Part shown: positions 12,410 through 24,277 of the stretch, piece after piece
How positions within the stretch are numbered: the stretch's first letter is position 1
Layout of the letters: each line of letters begins with the position of its first letter
Assembly: GCA_001179505.1 (NCBI GenBank)
Contig: CDMY01000377.1
Coordinates: 30,800-94,799 of the forward strand
Source: Vitrella brassicaformis CCMP3155
Taxonomy: Eukaryota > Protista > Chromerida
Reading direction: 5' to 3'
DNA: 64,000 bases
Program-made: the position numbers and the translations under genes
Notes under the pieces: generated by a model
Databases searched by the model: none
What the model saw: the letters and a program-made list of their open reading frames with translations, nothing else
What the model was told of the DNA's origin: nothing

Positions 12410-12922
12410 CGCGCGAGGGTGAATGCTGTCAGCAACGGACGAATCGTTCCACCACGACAAAACGAGGAAGATGAGCCCTCCCACGGCGGGCGGCATGCCG
12501 ATGACGCGAGGGGAAAATGAAGTCGCCTGTGGCTTGAAGAATCCGAACAGGACCGAAATTGAAATTTTGCCGTCTCCCAGTCTCAACAATTGAATTCTCG
12601 CCACAATTCAATTTTTGATGGTTTGCCGCATTGCAGAGGCTTTGAACGGACCATTCGCAGACATAACCAAAAGCAAAACACGCATCTCTTTTGCTGGTGT
12701 TGGTGTGTGCCTTTCATTGTCTTTGGTAACCCGCGACTACATCTTCTGTGTTGTCAAAGTGACGCCATTCATTGTGCGAGTCATGTCCACAACGTCAAAT
12801 TGAATCGGCTTCAGACAGTTTGCGACAGACAGCCAAAAAGCGAAGGGACGTCTACGTCTCGGGGTGGTTCGTTACTGCCCGCCACTGCCCGATTGGATCA
12901 TGTCTGGATGGCCCATTGTTCC

Positions 12923-13143
12923 TCCCCGGGCTCAGGCATCCCCTCGACCTTTTGTGGACTGATGCCGGGGGCGACTTTCTTGAGTGTATCGATGAAGTCC
13001 TCCCCGCCGTGTTGGATGGAAGAAAACACGTGCTGGATGAACCCGGCGTCGCTTCTCGAGGCATCCATCAGCGTCTTGCTCGAGAGGCCGAGACCCAGGA
13101 CGATGCACAGGAGGCGACCACCGCCGATGACCTGAACAGATAA
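12923..13143 (+). CDS. Possible small terminal exon of a hypothetical protein
   Basis: Acceptor-like CTCAG followed by HPLDLLWTDAGGDFLECIDEVLPAVLDGRKHVLDEPG...DDLNR*. Protein-like composition only. Confidence 0.3.
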
Positions 13144-13207
13144 TGTTATGATCTCTCTCCATTGCGCATCGTGTCGTTTGCGTGTGTTGTTAGTTGGTGT
13201 CTTCGGC

Positions 13208-14420
13208 TTACCCCTCTGGCGGTGCCTGCGGCCGCAGCCACTCCCTTGGCTTTAAGGCCAAGATCACCCACCAGCTGCAGTGTATTTGCCATTTGTACGC
13301 ATGTCTCATCATCATGCATGATATCGTCACCTTGCTGATCAGGTCTTTCTTCGCGGCTTCCACGGGGGCCTTCGCCATGGCCTGTCGGCCGACGGCTTGA
13401 CGAAGCCCGCCACCTCCAGCCTTGGCAGCGCTCTGCACGAGGGTAGGCAGGACCTCCTTGGCCTCTGCGGCAGTGATGTCCTTGGCGGTTATGAAGATCT
13501 TCGTCTTTCTGCCTCCCGACATGGGTCGCACCTTGCCAGCCCGCCTTCCTGTGCGAGTGATTGTTCTTCGCGCGGCTGGGGCCACCTCTTCAGTCAGCAG
13601 AACGGCAAATCTGCCAGCCTGCGCGATCTCCGGGCCGGGCTGCCTGAGCTGGGTCAGATTTAGGAAGGCGCTTGCTCCTCTGATGGGTTCTGGAATGATA
13701 CACATACATGCCGGGCACAGCGAGGCTTAACTGCAGGCATGTATGGGCCGACCGTAATGGGCAATGCATGTGCCGTCGTCGTTGGCTTCGATGCCGATGA
13801 GGCGGATGTCGGTGCCTGGAGACACCACCTCCTGAATGAGCTTGACTCGCACATCCTCAACCGACGTCCTGCCCTTCAGTTCTTCGCCCAATGCCTGTCC
13901 ATTCACGTGTGAATTGACAGGAGACAGGAGTCGCTGTCGCACAATGAATGCAACGGGTTACATACCTCGCACAAACGTCGCTCGTCTTCAAGTTTGCATG
14001 GCTTTTGAAGATCTACGACACCGAGCACATCTGCCTCTTGCAGGGCCTTCTCGATGGCGTCCCCCTTGTAGCAAGCGCTATCCGTCGAAAGGCCGGGGGC
14101 GTCCGTCACGACCAGCTTTGCTCTGCCTTCAGGCCCCTCAGCAAGGTCCTCTGCACGAACAGCGCGTAGACACCATTGCAGAGTGCTGTACATGATGCGT
14201 GTGGCGTGCGTGCGTGGCGGTGATGTGGCTTAGCCTACCAGAAACAGGGACGCCGAGTGCAGCCAGCTGTTTCTCACTCATGCCACTTATGTTTGGGCAG
14301 GTCTGCTGGTCGTCGACGGGCTCGAAGGCACCGCAGATGTGGTCGGCATGGCCTGCAGACAACCAATGTATACAACGCCATGTGTGCAAGACAGGCGCAG
14401 GGCTGCATCTGCAGACACTG
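13208..14420 (-). CDS. Hypothetical multi-exon protein
   Basis: Globular-looking segments separated by intron-like sequence: GHADHICGAFEPVDDQQTCPNISG, RAKLVVTDAPGLSTDSACYKGDAIEKALQEADVLGVVDL, GRTSVEDVRVKLIQEVVSPGTDIRLIGIEA, KTKIFITAKDITAAEAKEVLPTLV. No family recognised. Confidence 0.45.
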
Positions 14421-14721
14421 CTCCGTCCATTTGAGGGCTCACCGGTCCTGTTCAGGATGAGAACAACCACCAGGCTGAACAAAGATATCATGTCCGCCCG
14501 CATGACTTCGTTCTCGGTTGATCGTTGCTCCGCAAACTGAACAGTCTGCTCCACAGACTGGCCCTTGTGGCGAGACGCCCCCATGACCCCCCCCAATTTG
14601 CGAGCCACGTGGCAAGAAGAGCCACGCGAGTCCACATCGGCCCATCGACGGACTTATCCTCCCTTCCTTTGCGTCCTGCCTGTGTGCTGTCTGGCAGGTG
14701 CTGACTGAGTGAGTCGTCCGA

Positions 14722-15771
14722 ATGTCTGATTCGGTGCCCGACGACCTGTGGCGCCGGCGCATTCTGCCGTCCCTTCTCGTCCATGAGGCGGTCTGTGTCC
14801 GAGCGAGCTGCCGGGCGAAGGCGACTAGGTGACGGCTGCTCTGCTGGTGGAGCGCATCGACGGCTCCCTGGCCCGCCACTCACTCACCGGCCTCATCGAC
14901 ATCGACCGCACCGCCCCTCTCCCATTCACCTATGTGCTGCGGGCGGTGTGCTGGAGCAGGGCAGCGACGAGTGGCCTGGGATGGGGCGGTTCATCCGGCT
15001 GGCCGCCATCTATCGGCTGACCCCTGCCAATGGGCTGCCCCTGGTGCTGTCGGCTCAGTGGCTGACAGTCCACCTGCCCAGCAGGACGGCATTCCATCAG
15101 CTGCCATTGGCCATGGCCATCTATCGGCTGTTCGGCCACCTCCTTACACACAATGGACACAGCCTGGCGCTGCAGCGAACGGCCGGCAACGGATACTATC
15201 GCATCGGCAATCAGTCGTTCCGTGTAGTGGCGTTGGGTGAGCTGTGGGGCGGCCATGGCTATGCCGACGGCTATCAGAGGACCGACCCCGTCATCCGCTG
15301 GGGCGGTAACCTCTACCCCTCATTCTCGACATTCCTGCTGCACAGTCTGCTCTCCCAATGGTGGGATGGAGAGGGGGTGGGTCAGAAGTCCGTGCTCACT
15401 GCACAGATCGGCCAGCCGGGTGCAGTCATCGGCCGTGGTGACCCTCGCTTTGACCGTCTGCTGAGGACCGACGACATCACAGAGGATCAGGGCATCGCTG
15501 TCGACTACCGCTGTGATGGGGCCATCTGAATGTTGATGCGACTAATTACCGTCGTGTGATTGTGAGCGGCGTCCGCCAGGGCGAGACCGTGGCTGCATAT
15601 CTGTGGATGGGGTATGGCCGCATCGTGCTGCGGACGACCGAGGCACCTGCTGCCGATCGGTCTCAGCCACTCGCTCAGCGCTTTCCGGAGTCCATGCCCG
15701 TATGGCGCCGTCTGCTGCGGCACTTCGAGCTCGAGACCGACGTCATCGACAGGGGGAGGGTAATAGGGTGA
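14722..15771 (+). pseudogene. Family A (F-box-like subtype A1) pseudogene
   Basis: Starts MSDSVPDDLWRRRILPSLL. Three frameshifts versus paralogs: -1 at ~14828, -4 at ~14945 (GCGGTGTG vs GCGGCCTATGTG) and -1 at ~15520. Ends DVIDRGRVIG*. Confidence 0.85.
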
Positions 15772-16236
15772 GTGGTGCTGGATCGATGGGTGTCGTGATG
15801 CTCTATGAAACGGGCGTCGTGCCTGGTCGAGTGCGACGCAACACCGATCGATCGATCCAACATTCGTACACACGGCACAGACGTATATCCAATGAGAGAC
15901 AGACATGCATCGTATCTGTCACTGTCTGTCGATTGGCTCTTCGATCCGTCAATCGACCGACTGACACGACACACCAGTGAGTCTGTGGATTGTGGATGAG
16001 TCTCTGTATTGAGCGAAGGGGCCAATACATGTATTGGGCAAGAGTGGGCAAGAGTGGGCAACTATGGGCAAAACTTTGGCTGACTTCATGCATGATACGA
16101 TTGCTTTTGTCAAGACTCGCTGACTGCGTGGCTTCGTTCACCAAATGAATGAATGGATGGTTGAACGATGCATGTCTCAAAGCGCTGCACAAATTGCCAC
16201 ACAGCTCTTATTGGTGCAACACACTTGTCTTCTCAC

Positions 16237-18566
16237 TCACACAAGGTCCTCATGAGCCCTCAGCCACAGCGGACAAAACGGACACACATGCGACCATCCA
16301 CTGCTGCCCTCATCAGTCCTCCCCTCCCCACCTTCTGAACTGTGCGAGTAGGCCAGTGCGTGCAGCGCTATACTCATCGACTCGCGCAAGTGATAGTCGA
16401 CAACGAGGGTGTGTTCCCTCCCACTTTCGTCTGCATCATGCTGCCTCGGCACTATCGACACGACGCCCGTCCCACAATGCACACTGGCGTGCAGGTACGA
16501 CGGACCGTCCCCACACACGCTACCCCCGTCAATCAGCTCGTATGGCGCAACTACCCGTGGCTGGCCATCGACAGCTTCAACACCAGCAGTGACAGTAGCC
16601 GCAGCATCGTTCGCTGTGTCCTGACTGCCTTCCCACTCACGAATGCTCTCTGCGGGGCTGACCAGAGGGAACTCGACGCGCACCGAGGAGCCGTCCCATC
16701 CGTCGACTGAGTAGCCGCAGTGGGGCCTGAAGGTCGGCAGGGCAGAGGGGTGTCGCGGGAGCGACACGTCAGTGCCATAGATGGGGTCGTCCGCAATGGG
16801 ATGGCCGAGCAGCTGCAGATGAACACGGATCTGCACATGCGACAGAAAAGGGCAAAGAGGGAGAGCAATCGCCTCCTTGTCTGGTGCATCTGCTGCTGGG
16901 CACCACCCCCACGCACCTGGTGTGTCCTTCCCGTCACCTGCACGCAGTGCACGCCGACACGGCAACACACATGGATGGATGGATGGACCCAATACAGCAG
17001 GTGCGCTTCATGTCTTCCTTCTCACCGGTCTGCATCGGACAATGCTGTATCCATTACCGCCAGGCGACTCAGAAGGGACGTACGCAAGACGGCGAAAGCA
17101 TGTCACGGCAGCCTTGCCCTGCAGGCATACACACATCAGTCCAGTCCGTGAGACACTTACTTAGTGCCCCATCAGACAGACCCCATATATACAGCCACTC
17201 ATTCACCTCTGGGTGTATCTCGGCCTCCAGTGGCATGCCCGGCAGCAGCTGCAGCAGACGGATGCGAGCACGGACACGAATCTCGTCCTTCCCGGCGACC
17301 CGAGATATCTCCTGAATGAACCAGAAGAGAAACACAAAGGATGAGTAAGCGCCGATTCACTCTCAGCGTTCACATACCGGCTGTGGATTGTTATCGGATG
17401 TGTCTGGGCAGGGCCGTTTCATTCCCACTGAAGGTTCGTCGCGTGCGTTTGTGGCCGTGTCGTCAGCCTCGTGCTGAAAGCGGTCAGCCAAGGGAAACTC
17501 ACCCACAACCTACACGCCCGAGACAAGCTTCTTTGTCTTGGGGCTTGTTTGGCCGTGCTGATTGATGTTGCCTGCTACGTACCTTGGCTATGTATATCTT
17601 CTGGATGCCTGGGGAGTCGCCCTCCTGCTGCAGCTGGGCAGACAGGTGACGCGCACATGCAACTGGCACACACACCACGCCACCCATAACAGTGGCCGAC
17701 CAGCCGACCTTCTCCCACATTGAATGCCAGGTCACCCACCGTTTTTGGCGAGTATGACGATGCCTGATGTGACTCTGTCGAGGCGATTGATGACGTGCAG
17801 GTAGGCCTCCGACACACCATCCCTCCTCGCTGAACACATGCGCACACAGAAACACGGCCACAGGAGCACTGCAGGCTTGTGTGTGTGTGCATGTGGTCCA
17901 TTCTGCCCACCCATCCACCGCTGCAGTATCTTGATGAGCGACATCCGGCTGTACCGGCCTTGTGGGTGGCACCTGCTCAACGACATGAAGAGATGAACAC
18001 AGACAACAACCATCCAAGTCGGCCAAAGGCAGTCCGTGTGGTCGTCACTCACGGCATGCCGGGCGGCTTGTAGACCACCAAACGATCCGCATCCTCATGC
18101 ACAACGCCGATGCGCTCGCCACTGCCCACGCCCTACTTGAATATGGAACGACATGACAGAATGAATGGGCATCTTCCGGCCATTGGACTCACCTCGATAA
18201 AGTACATGTGGTGGTCGATGACGTCGCCGTTCTTCAGGACCGTGTCAGGGCTGCACCGACGGCCATTCACCCGCAGTTGACCGTTCCGCATCGCCCGCTT
18301 GTAGTAGGCAGCATCACGCATTCGAAACTCGCGGCACATGACCTCCAACGCACTGCACATACACACCAGCCAGTGCCAGCAAAGATGCATGAGATCAAGG
18401 ATGGGAGGCTCTTGCGTGCTGCCTACTTCTGTTCTCTCCATCTCATCTTGACATTGACATGGAATCTCATAAGATAAGGCGGCACACATGCCACACTCTC
18501 GCTGCCATCACTGACCTGCACCCTCACGAAGCCATCCTCCACCTCAGTGTGGTGTTTTTGCTCCAT
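16237..18566 (-). CDS. RPUSD2: RluA-family RNA pseudouridine synthase (RPUSD2/Pus8-9 type), many introns
   Basis: PYLMRFHVNVKMRW, S4-like EFRMRDAAYYKRAMRNGQLRVNGRRCSPDTVLKNGDVI, VVYKPPGMP, CHPQGRY, catalytic INRLDRVTSG, KIYIAK, VTGRTHQ|IRVHLQLLGHPIADDPIYG and C-terminal IALHALAY. Confidence 0.88.
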
Positions 18567-18870
18567 CTTCCCCTCCACTATGTTGAGAAACCAATCAGGC
18601 TATAGCCGAGGTTATCCATCTGCGGGCCGACACATCATTTCCTCAACACACTAAGCGGTTTCAACACACTAAGCTCGCTGCGAGCTTTGAAAAGGCGCTT
18701 TCCTTGGCGGCGGAAAGGCCTCTTTTTCGATATCTGTGCGTTTCATCCTGCTTCGGCTGTGCTGCAGGGGGCGAAACTATCGATTTGACAGGGGAAGGGG
18801 AGAGAAGGGCCGACTTAACGGCCGGCTCCAAGAAGAAGAGCTGCCCTGTGCTTGACCCTCCCTGCTGCCG

Positions 18871-20681
18871 ATGGGGGAGCGTCAGTCATTTTCGTGGTTC
18901 GAGTACCAGCTGCTGACCTTGTCGCTGGCGGTGTTTATGTGTTTCTGCCTGGGCGTGCTCGAGTACGTGCTGCGGCGGTTCTCCATCCTGCCGCTGATGT
19001 TCACCATGCTCACCATACAGAGGAGGCGGATGTACTGCTTCGAAGTCGACATCTCTCTCACACAAGAGGGCAAACACATCAGGCACGTATCTTTTGGAGG
19101 GGGAGGGAAGTGCACAGCCATGTGACACACACGTGTGTGTGTGGGCTGGTGCGATTGATGCAGGCAGCAGTGCAAGATGATGCTGCGGATTACTTTGATA
19201 GTGGTGCTGAGCTACGTGTGGCAGGGGTGTGTCCTCGAGTCCGTCACCATCACCGGCGGCAGCTTCCCCACTGAGGAGTGCGAACAGGACAAAGGTCAGC
19301 TTACATACCCCCATTTGTGCATTGCGCTAGATATATGTGTGTGTGTGTGTGTGTGTATCTGTGTGTGCGTGCGTCGAGCAGACTGTTTTGCGGCCACTTT
19401 GTCGTTCGACACGCTGTTTCAGCAGAGCCACAAGTCCATCGACTGCGACAAACCTGAAGAGTACGACAGCGAGAAATACATCGTACGTCACCCAGCCATA
19501 CAAACCAACGCCACGGGGGAAGAACTGGTGTGTGTGTGTGTGTGTGCAGGTGGTGAATTGTTTGTCGTTTGTGAATCCGAATGCCGTGCTGTGGATGGAA
19601 AAGGCGGCCATCGCCTACTCGCTGGGCCTGCTGCTGCTCAGGGCTTTCGAAATACTTCTATGGGTCTGCAGGTACGTACCCTTACACCATCCACACACAC
19701 ACACACACACACACCAGGGTGTCCACGCCCTGCTCTCTCTTTCTCTGTGTTGGCTGCGCTGCGTGCAGTCGTTCGTTGGCGTGGATGCGCATCGTGCTGT
19801 TTGTGCTTATCACCTACACCATCGCCCTTATCGTGCTCTTCTTCGCCGGCTATATGGCCACTTTCGTGTCCTCGTGGCTGGCCTACGTCATGATGTTCTC
19901 ATTCCCCGGAGTGCTCCTCTTCACACAGAGGGCCGCGCGGTGCCTCCGCGAGTTGAGACGGCAGCTCTATGCGCAGTACCAGCAAGAGGCCACCAAGTAA
20001 GTCAGAGCACCTACCTGACCTGCATGTGTGGAGAGATCGATGTGGCCGACGTTTTGTGTGGTTGGCGGGTTCAGGTCTTTGCAGTCTCAGTTTTCCCCCG
20101 ATGAGGAGATGATTCAGGCGCAGGACATCGACCAGGCCTTTTCGGTCAAATCCGTCACCCCCTCAGAGCCACAAGAAGCACCCATTGACGACGCGACGCT
20201 TTCCCTCCCTGCGGCATCGGCCGCCCGACACACAGTGTCTGGGTACGACACAGTCGCACTCAGTCGGACCTCCCCCGCCCCCCATCACTCGACCCACACG
20301 CACAACCGAGTCCCTCCGCCACACGCAACGCACACACACATCGACGACGTCCTCGAGTCCCTCGCACTTGGTGGCGGCGATCCCGACCAGCGACCAATGA
20401 CAACCAGCATGACCGAGGCAGATGACCGACCCCACCCACAGCACGGTGGCGCCACATGGACGCCGGGCGGGAGGTGGTGGGGATGGGCCAGGAGTAGCCC
20501 CTTCCAGCAGCAGCATCACCGGCACAGCAGAGGGATCCCCATCCCTTCGCTGCTGGGGTTCTTCCCGACCCGGAGAAGGGCGGGTGAGGACGGTGCGGGT
20601 GAGGACGGTGCGGATGGTTTGGGTGAGCCGCGGTCGTCTGTCTCGGCCCCGCCGGCAGATATGGAGAGGGCTGCTGCATAG
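18871..20681 (+). CDS. Hypothetical multi-pass membrane protein with a disordered C-terminal tail
   Basis: Spliced hydrophobic segments (YQLLTLSLAVFMCFCLGVL; MMLRITLIVVLSYVWQG; AAIAYSLGLLLLRAFEILLWV; IVLFVLITYTIALIVLFFAGYMATFVSSWLAYVMMFSFPGVLLF), then a low-complexity last exon to the stop at 20681. Confidence 0.65.
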
Positions 20682-20978
20682 TGACAATTGGGGGGATATG
20701 GGGGGGATTCCTTTGGTGGGCAGATTCCGCTGTGTATAGGGGTGGGTGCTTTCAACGCCTTTCGGGACAGCTTGTGGCAATGCACTTTCTGTTTTCGTGT
20801 GGCCCCGTGGGTGGTGAACGCGCCGTATTTTTCCTTGTCGACTCAGTCAGCCGGCCAGTGTGCGACATGACATCACTTGTGTGTGAATCCTTCCACCCAT
20901 CGGAAGATTGAGATCGAGGTCATTTATACGACATCCATGCAGCACAGCACGCACACACGCCCAGCCATCTCTATGAAG

Positions 20979-22000
20979 TCACGGCAGGTCATCAATCCCC
21001 AGCTGTCGAAAGACCATCTCATGCAGCCGGTCCTCCTCAAACCGAGGCAGCAGCGCCAGCCGCCTCCCATCAGCCTCACCGCCACCCATACTACCCATAT
21101 CGCCGGAGTGCGCCTGGCCATGCCTATTTCTATGCCTCTTTTGCTGGTTGCTGCTGCCGCCACCAGCCACCGGGAAGGGGAGAGGGGTCAGAGAGGGCGG
21201 GGCGGGGGGAGGCCGGGGCAGCGCCGAACGCCTCAGTCCCGCAGTGATCCTCTCCACGCGCGCATCGTTTGTGCGGCGTGTTGGGCTTTCAGACGATCTG
21301 CAGACAGAGAGAAGGTGCAAATAGGCAATCTATCGGTGTGGTCCTTCAGACATACATACTTGTTGACGGTGATTTTGGCCCTGCATGACCTCCTGGCGCC
21401 CGAAGCTCTGCCGACGGGTTCTGGGTCGTCCGTGAGGAGCGGGGGCACTCGAGGGTCCCTCACCACCGCACGGCCAGTCGGAAAACGCTCAACATAATCC
21501 CTGCACACACGGACAGCCACACACATTACGATGAAGAGGAAGTCGTGTGTGTGTTTGTGTTACCCTCGCCCGCTGCGATCATTCCCCTGGCCCTCTATCT
21601 CCTCCAACTCCTGCAAACGGCACATCGCACACACAACACACACGACAGACACGACACACAAGGTCCAGATGGTCGTGTGCGGCGTCGGCCTGCCTGCCTG
21701 CCTGCTGACCTTCATGACTTGCTGCACTTGGGCGTTGAACTCCAGCAGGCTATTGAGGTTGTAATCCACACCCTCCTGCAGTGCGCCCATCTCCCCAATG
21801 GCAGCCTCATCACCCTCATAATTATTATCATCGTCAAGGAAGGCGCTCGTCGAGCCATCAGCCGCCGCATCTCTGTCCACCGGCTCATCCACACGCACAG
21901 GCGGCCGCGGAGGCAGCCTGTGCAGCCCCAGAGCCCGCTGCATGGCTACGAAGGTCCTGCCTACGCCTCTCGGTGCCTCTGCACTGGCGAAGGCGAGTCT
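20979..22000 (-). CDS. Hypothetical multi-exon protein; 5' end uncertain
   Basis: Exons LQEGVDYNLNSLLEFNAQVQQVMK|, LQELEEIEGQG|, DYVERFPTGRAVVRDPRVPPLL...KITVNK| and RFEEDRLHEMVFRQLGIDDLP*, with GT-AG borders. Confidence 0.5.
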
Positions 22001-22228
22001 GCAGGGACGCAAATGCGGCAGAGGCGGAATTGAGGCCGTATCTTCGTCAATGCACTGACCCGTTTCGACGGCTCGCACCTTCTTGCGAGCTCAAAAAGAA
22101 GGACCTGACGAGGCAGTCTTCAAACAGTGCAGTTGTTATCGTTTGCCTCTGTTCGTTGCAGGTGGCCCGCTGATCTATGCTGACTATTCATCTCATCCTC
22201 ACCGTCACGAGCGTTCCCTCCCTGCAGG

Positions 22229-22321
22229 GCCGGTAGCTACTGCGGCGCCGTCAAGGATATGGACCACTCACTGTCCACATCGCCGCCTGAGCTCTGCCAC
22301 TGCACCAACTGCCGCAAGGCG
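22229..22321 (+). pseudogene. N-terminal fragment of a GFA/CENP-V (Mss4-like) Zn-binding domain
   Basis: Translates as AGSYCGAVKDMDHSLSTSPPELCHCTNCRKA, matching the GFA pattern G-x-C-x-CGAV...CHC-x-x-CRK except for the first Cys. It is cut off immediately before the family A gene. Confidence 0.5.
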
Positions 22322-22357
22322 ATGGTGACCAATGACATCTCGCTTTCACGGTGATTG

Positions 22358-23395
22358 ATGGCGTCTTCGGTGCCCGACGACCTGTGGCGAGGCCGGGTGG
22401 TGAGGTGCCTGCAGCTGCCTGATGTGATATCTCTCCGCAAAACCTCCCGCGCCATCGGCACGTCCATCATCACGGCCGCTCTGCTGGTGGAGCGCATCGA
22501 CGGCTCCCTCGCCCGCCACTCCCTCACCGGCCTCATCGACATCGACCGCACTGCCCCTCTCCCATTCAGCTATGTGCTGCGGGCGGCCTATGTGCTGGAG
22601 CAGGGCAGCGACGAGTGGCCTGGGATGGGGCGGTTCATCCGGCTGGCCGCCATCTATCGGCTGACCCCTGCCAATGGGCTGCCCCTGGTGCTATCGGCTC
22701 AGTGGCTGACAGCCAACCTGCCCAGCAGGACGGCATTCCACCAGCTGCCATTGGCGATGGCGATCTATCGGCTGTTCGGCCACCTGCTCACACACAACGG
22801 ACACAGCCTGGCGCTGCAGCAGGCCGACAATGGGAGCTATAGGATCAGCAATGAGTCGTTTCGTGTGGTGCCGTTGGGTGAGCTGTGGGGCGGCCATGGC
22901 TATGCTGAGGGCTACAAGCGGGCCGACCCTATCATCCGACACGGCATATGGATCTTCCGCTCATTCTCGGCATTCCTGCTGGCCACGCTGCTCTGCTGGC
23001 GGTGCAATGGAGAGGGAGTGGGTCAGAAGTTGGTGCTCTCTGCACAGTTCGGCCATGGTGACCCTCGCTTTGGCCGTCTGCTGAGGACCGACGACATCAG
23101 TGAGGATTTGGGCATCGTCGCCGACTTTCGCTACGATGGGGGGGATCTGAACCATGCTGATGCGGAAGAGAGGCGTTTTGTGGTAGTCAGAGGCTTCCGC
23201 CAGGGCGAGACCGTCGCTGCCTTCCTCTGGATTGGGTATGGCAGCATCGTGCTGCGGACGACCGAGCCATCCGCTGCGGATGCACCTGCATCACTCGCCC
23301 ACCGCTTCCCAATTTCGGAGCCCCTGTGGCGCCGTCTGCTGCAGCGATTCGGTCTGGAAACCGACGTCATGGACAGGGGTATAGTGGTGGGGTGA
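22358..23395 (+). CDS. Family A1 protein (F-box-like N-terminus), intact and intronless
   Basis: Uninterrupted 345-codon ORF, MASSVPDDLWRGRVVRCLQLPDVISLRKTSRA...DVMDRGIVVG*. Clear paralog of six other loci in the window. Confidence 0.85.
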   Translation: MASSVPDDLWRGRVVRCLQLPDVISLRKTSRAIGTSIITAALLVERIDGSLARHSLTGLIDIDRTAPLPFSYVLRAAYVLEQGSDEWPGMGRFIRLAAIYRLTPANGLPLVLSAQWLTANLPSRTAFHQLPLAMAIYRLFGHLLTHNGHSLALQQADNGSYRISNESFRVVPLGELWGGHGYAEGYKRADPIIRHGIWIFRSFSAFLLATLLCWRCNGEGVGQKLVLSAQFGHGDPRFGRLLRTDDISEDLGIVADFRYDGGDLNHADAEERRFVVVRGFRQGETVAAFLWIGYGSIVLRTTEPSAADAPASLAHRFPISEPLWRRLLQRFGLETDVMDRGIVVG

Positions 23396-24277
23396 GTGTG
23401 GTGCTGGCTGGCGATTTGTGTTGCTGTATGCTGGCCGGGCAGTGTGGGAGTGGTGGAGGGGGGCTGACGTGACTGAGAATGAATGAGTGAAGGTCACGAT
23501 TACTTTTATGTCAGACTCAATGGCTGCATATGGCATCGCTTTTTTCAATGACTGAATGGCTTGACCAAAGTCGCTTCGTTTCCCCAGGCATACAAACATG
23601 AGCCTCCACAAAACAAACACACAGACACGTGTTGCTACATGTGATTATCAGAAGAGAGACGGGAGTGAAGGAGAACGTGAAGGAGAAAGGCGGCCAGCAC
23701 GCGGTATACCCATGGGGGCGTTGCTGGCCTTGACAAGGGAAAGACGGACAAGTGAGGGTGTTGGCGAGAAATCCCGCTTGACACGGGACGATTTCGTCAC
23801 CTGACTGCCATGGCCAGGCGCGTTTTTCTTTTGTGTGGGTTTTGGTCGGGTGCTTTGCAAAGAACGAACTGTTCTGTTGGTGACGGCCTGGACTGACAGC
23901 CACGCGCGCGAAGATGTGCAGTGGAGTAGAGTGGGTGTGTCTGGATGTGCGTCTGATGTGCATCTGACTGATACCTGGACCCATGAGCAGAGCCATGTCT
24001 TTCAGTTATTTCGTCCATCAGACACGGTCTTGATTGTGCACGATGTCATCCCTGTACTAATGCACCACGCCATGCATCATCACACAGACAAACATGTCCA
24101 GCAGTCAGGCAGGCAATGTTCAAAAGGCACAAAACGGAACCGGTATGTACAAGCGGTCACACATGGTAACCTCACCACCCAGGCAGACGGGCAGAGAGAA
24201 AAACCCCGTGGCAATCAATGCGTTAAATCGACGTTCGACGAGCTGTAAGCTATCTGTCTGTTCTGCTATCCATCTGT

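Noticed and set aside
18567-18870. Functional link between the divergent pseudouridine synthase and membrane protein genes (304 bp apart)
   Set aside because: Short divergent intergenics are ordinary in a compact genome, and the pair is not repeated.
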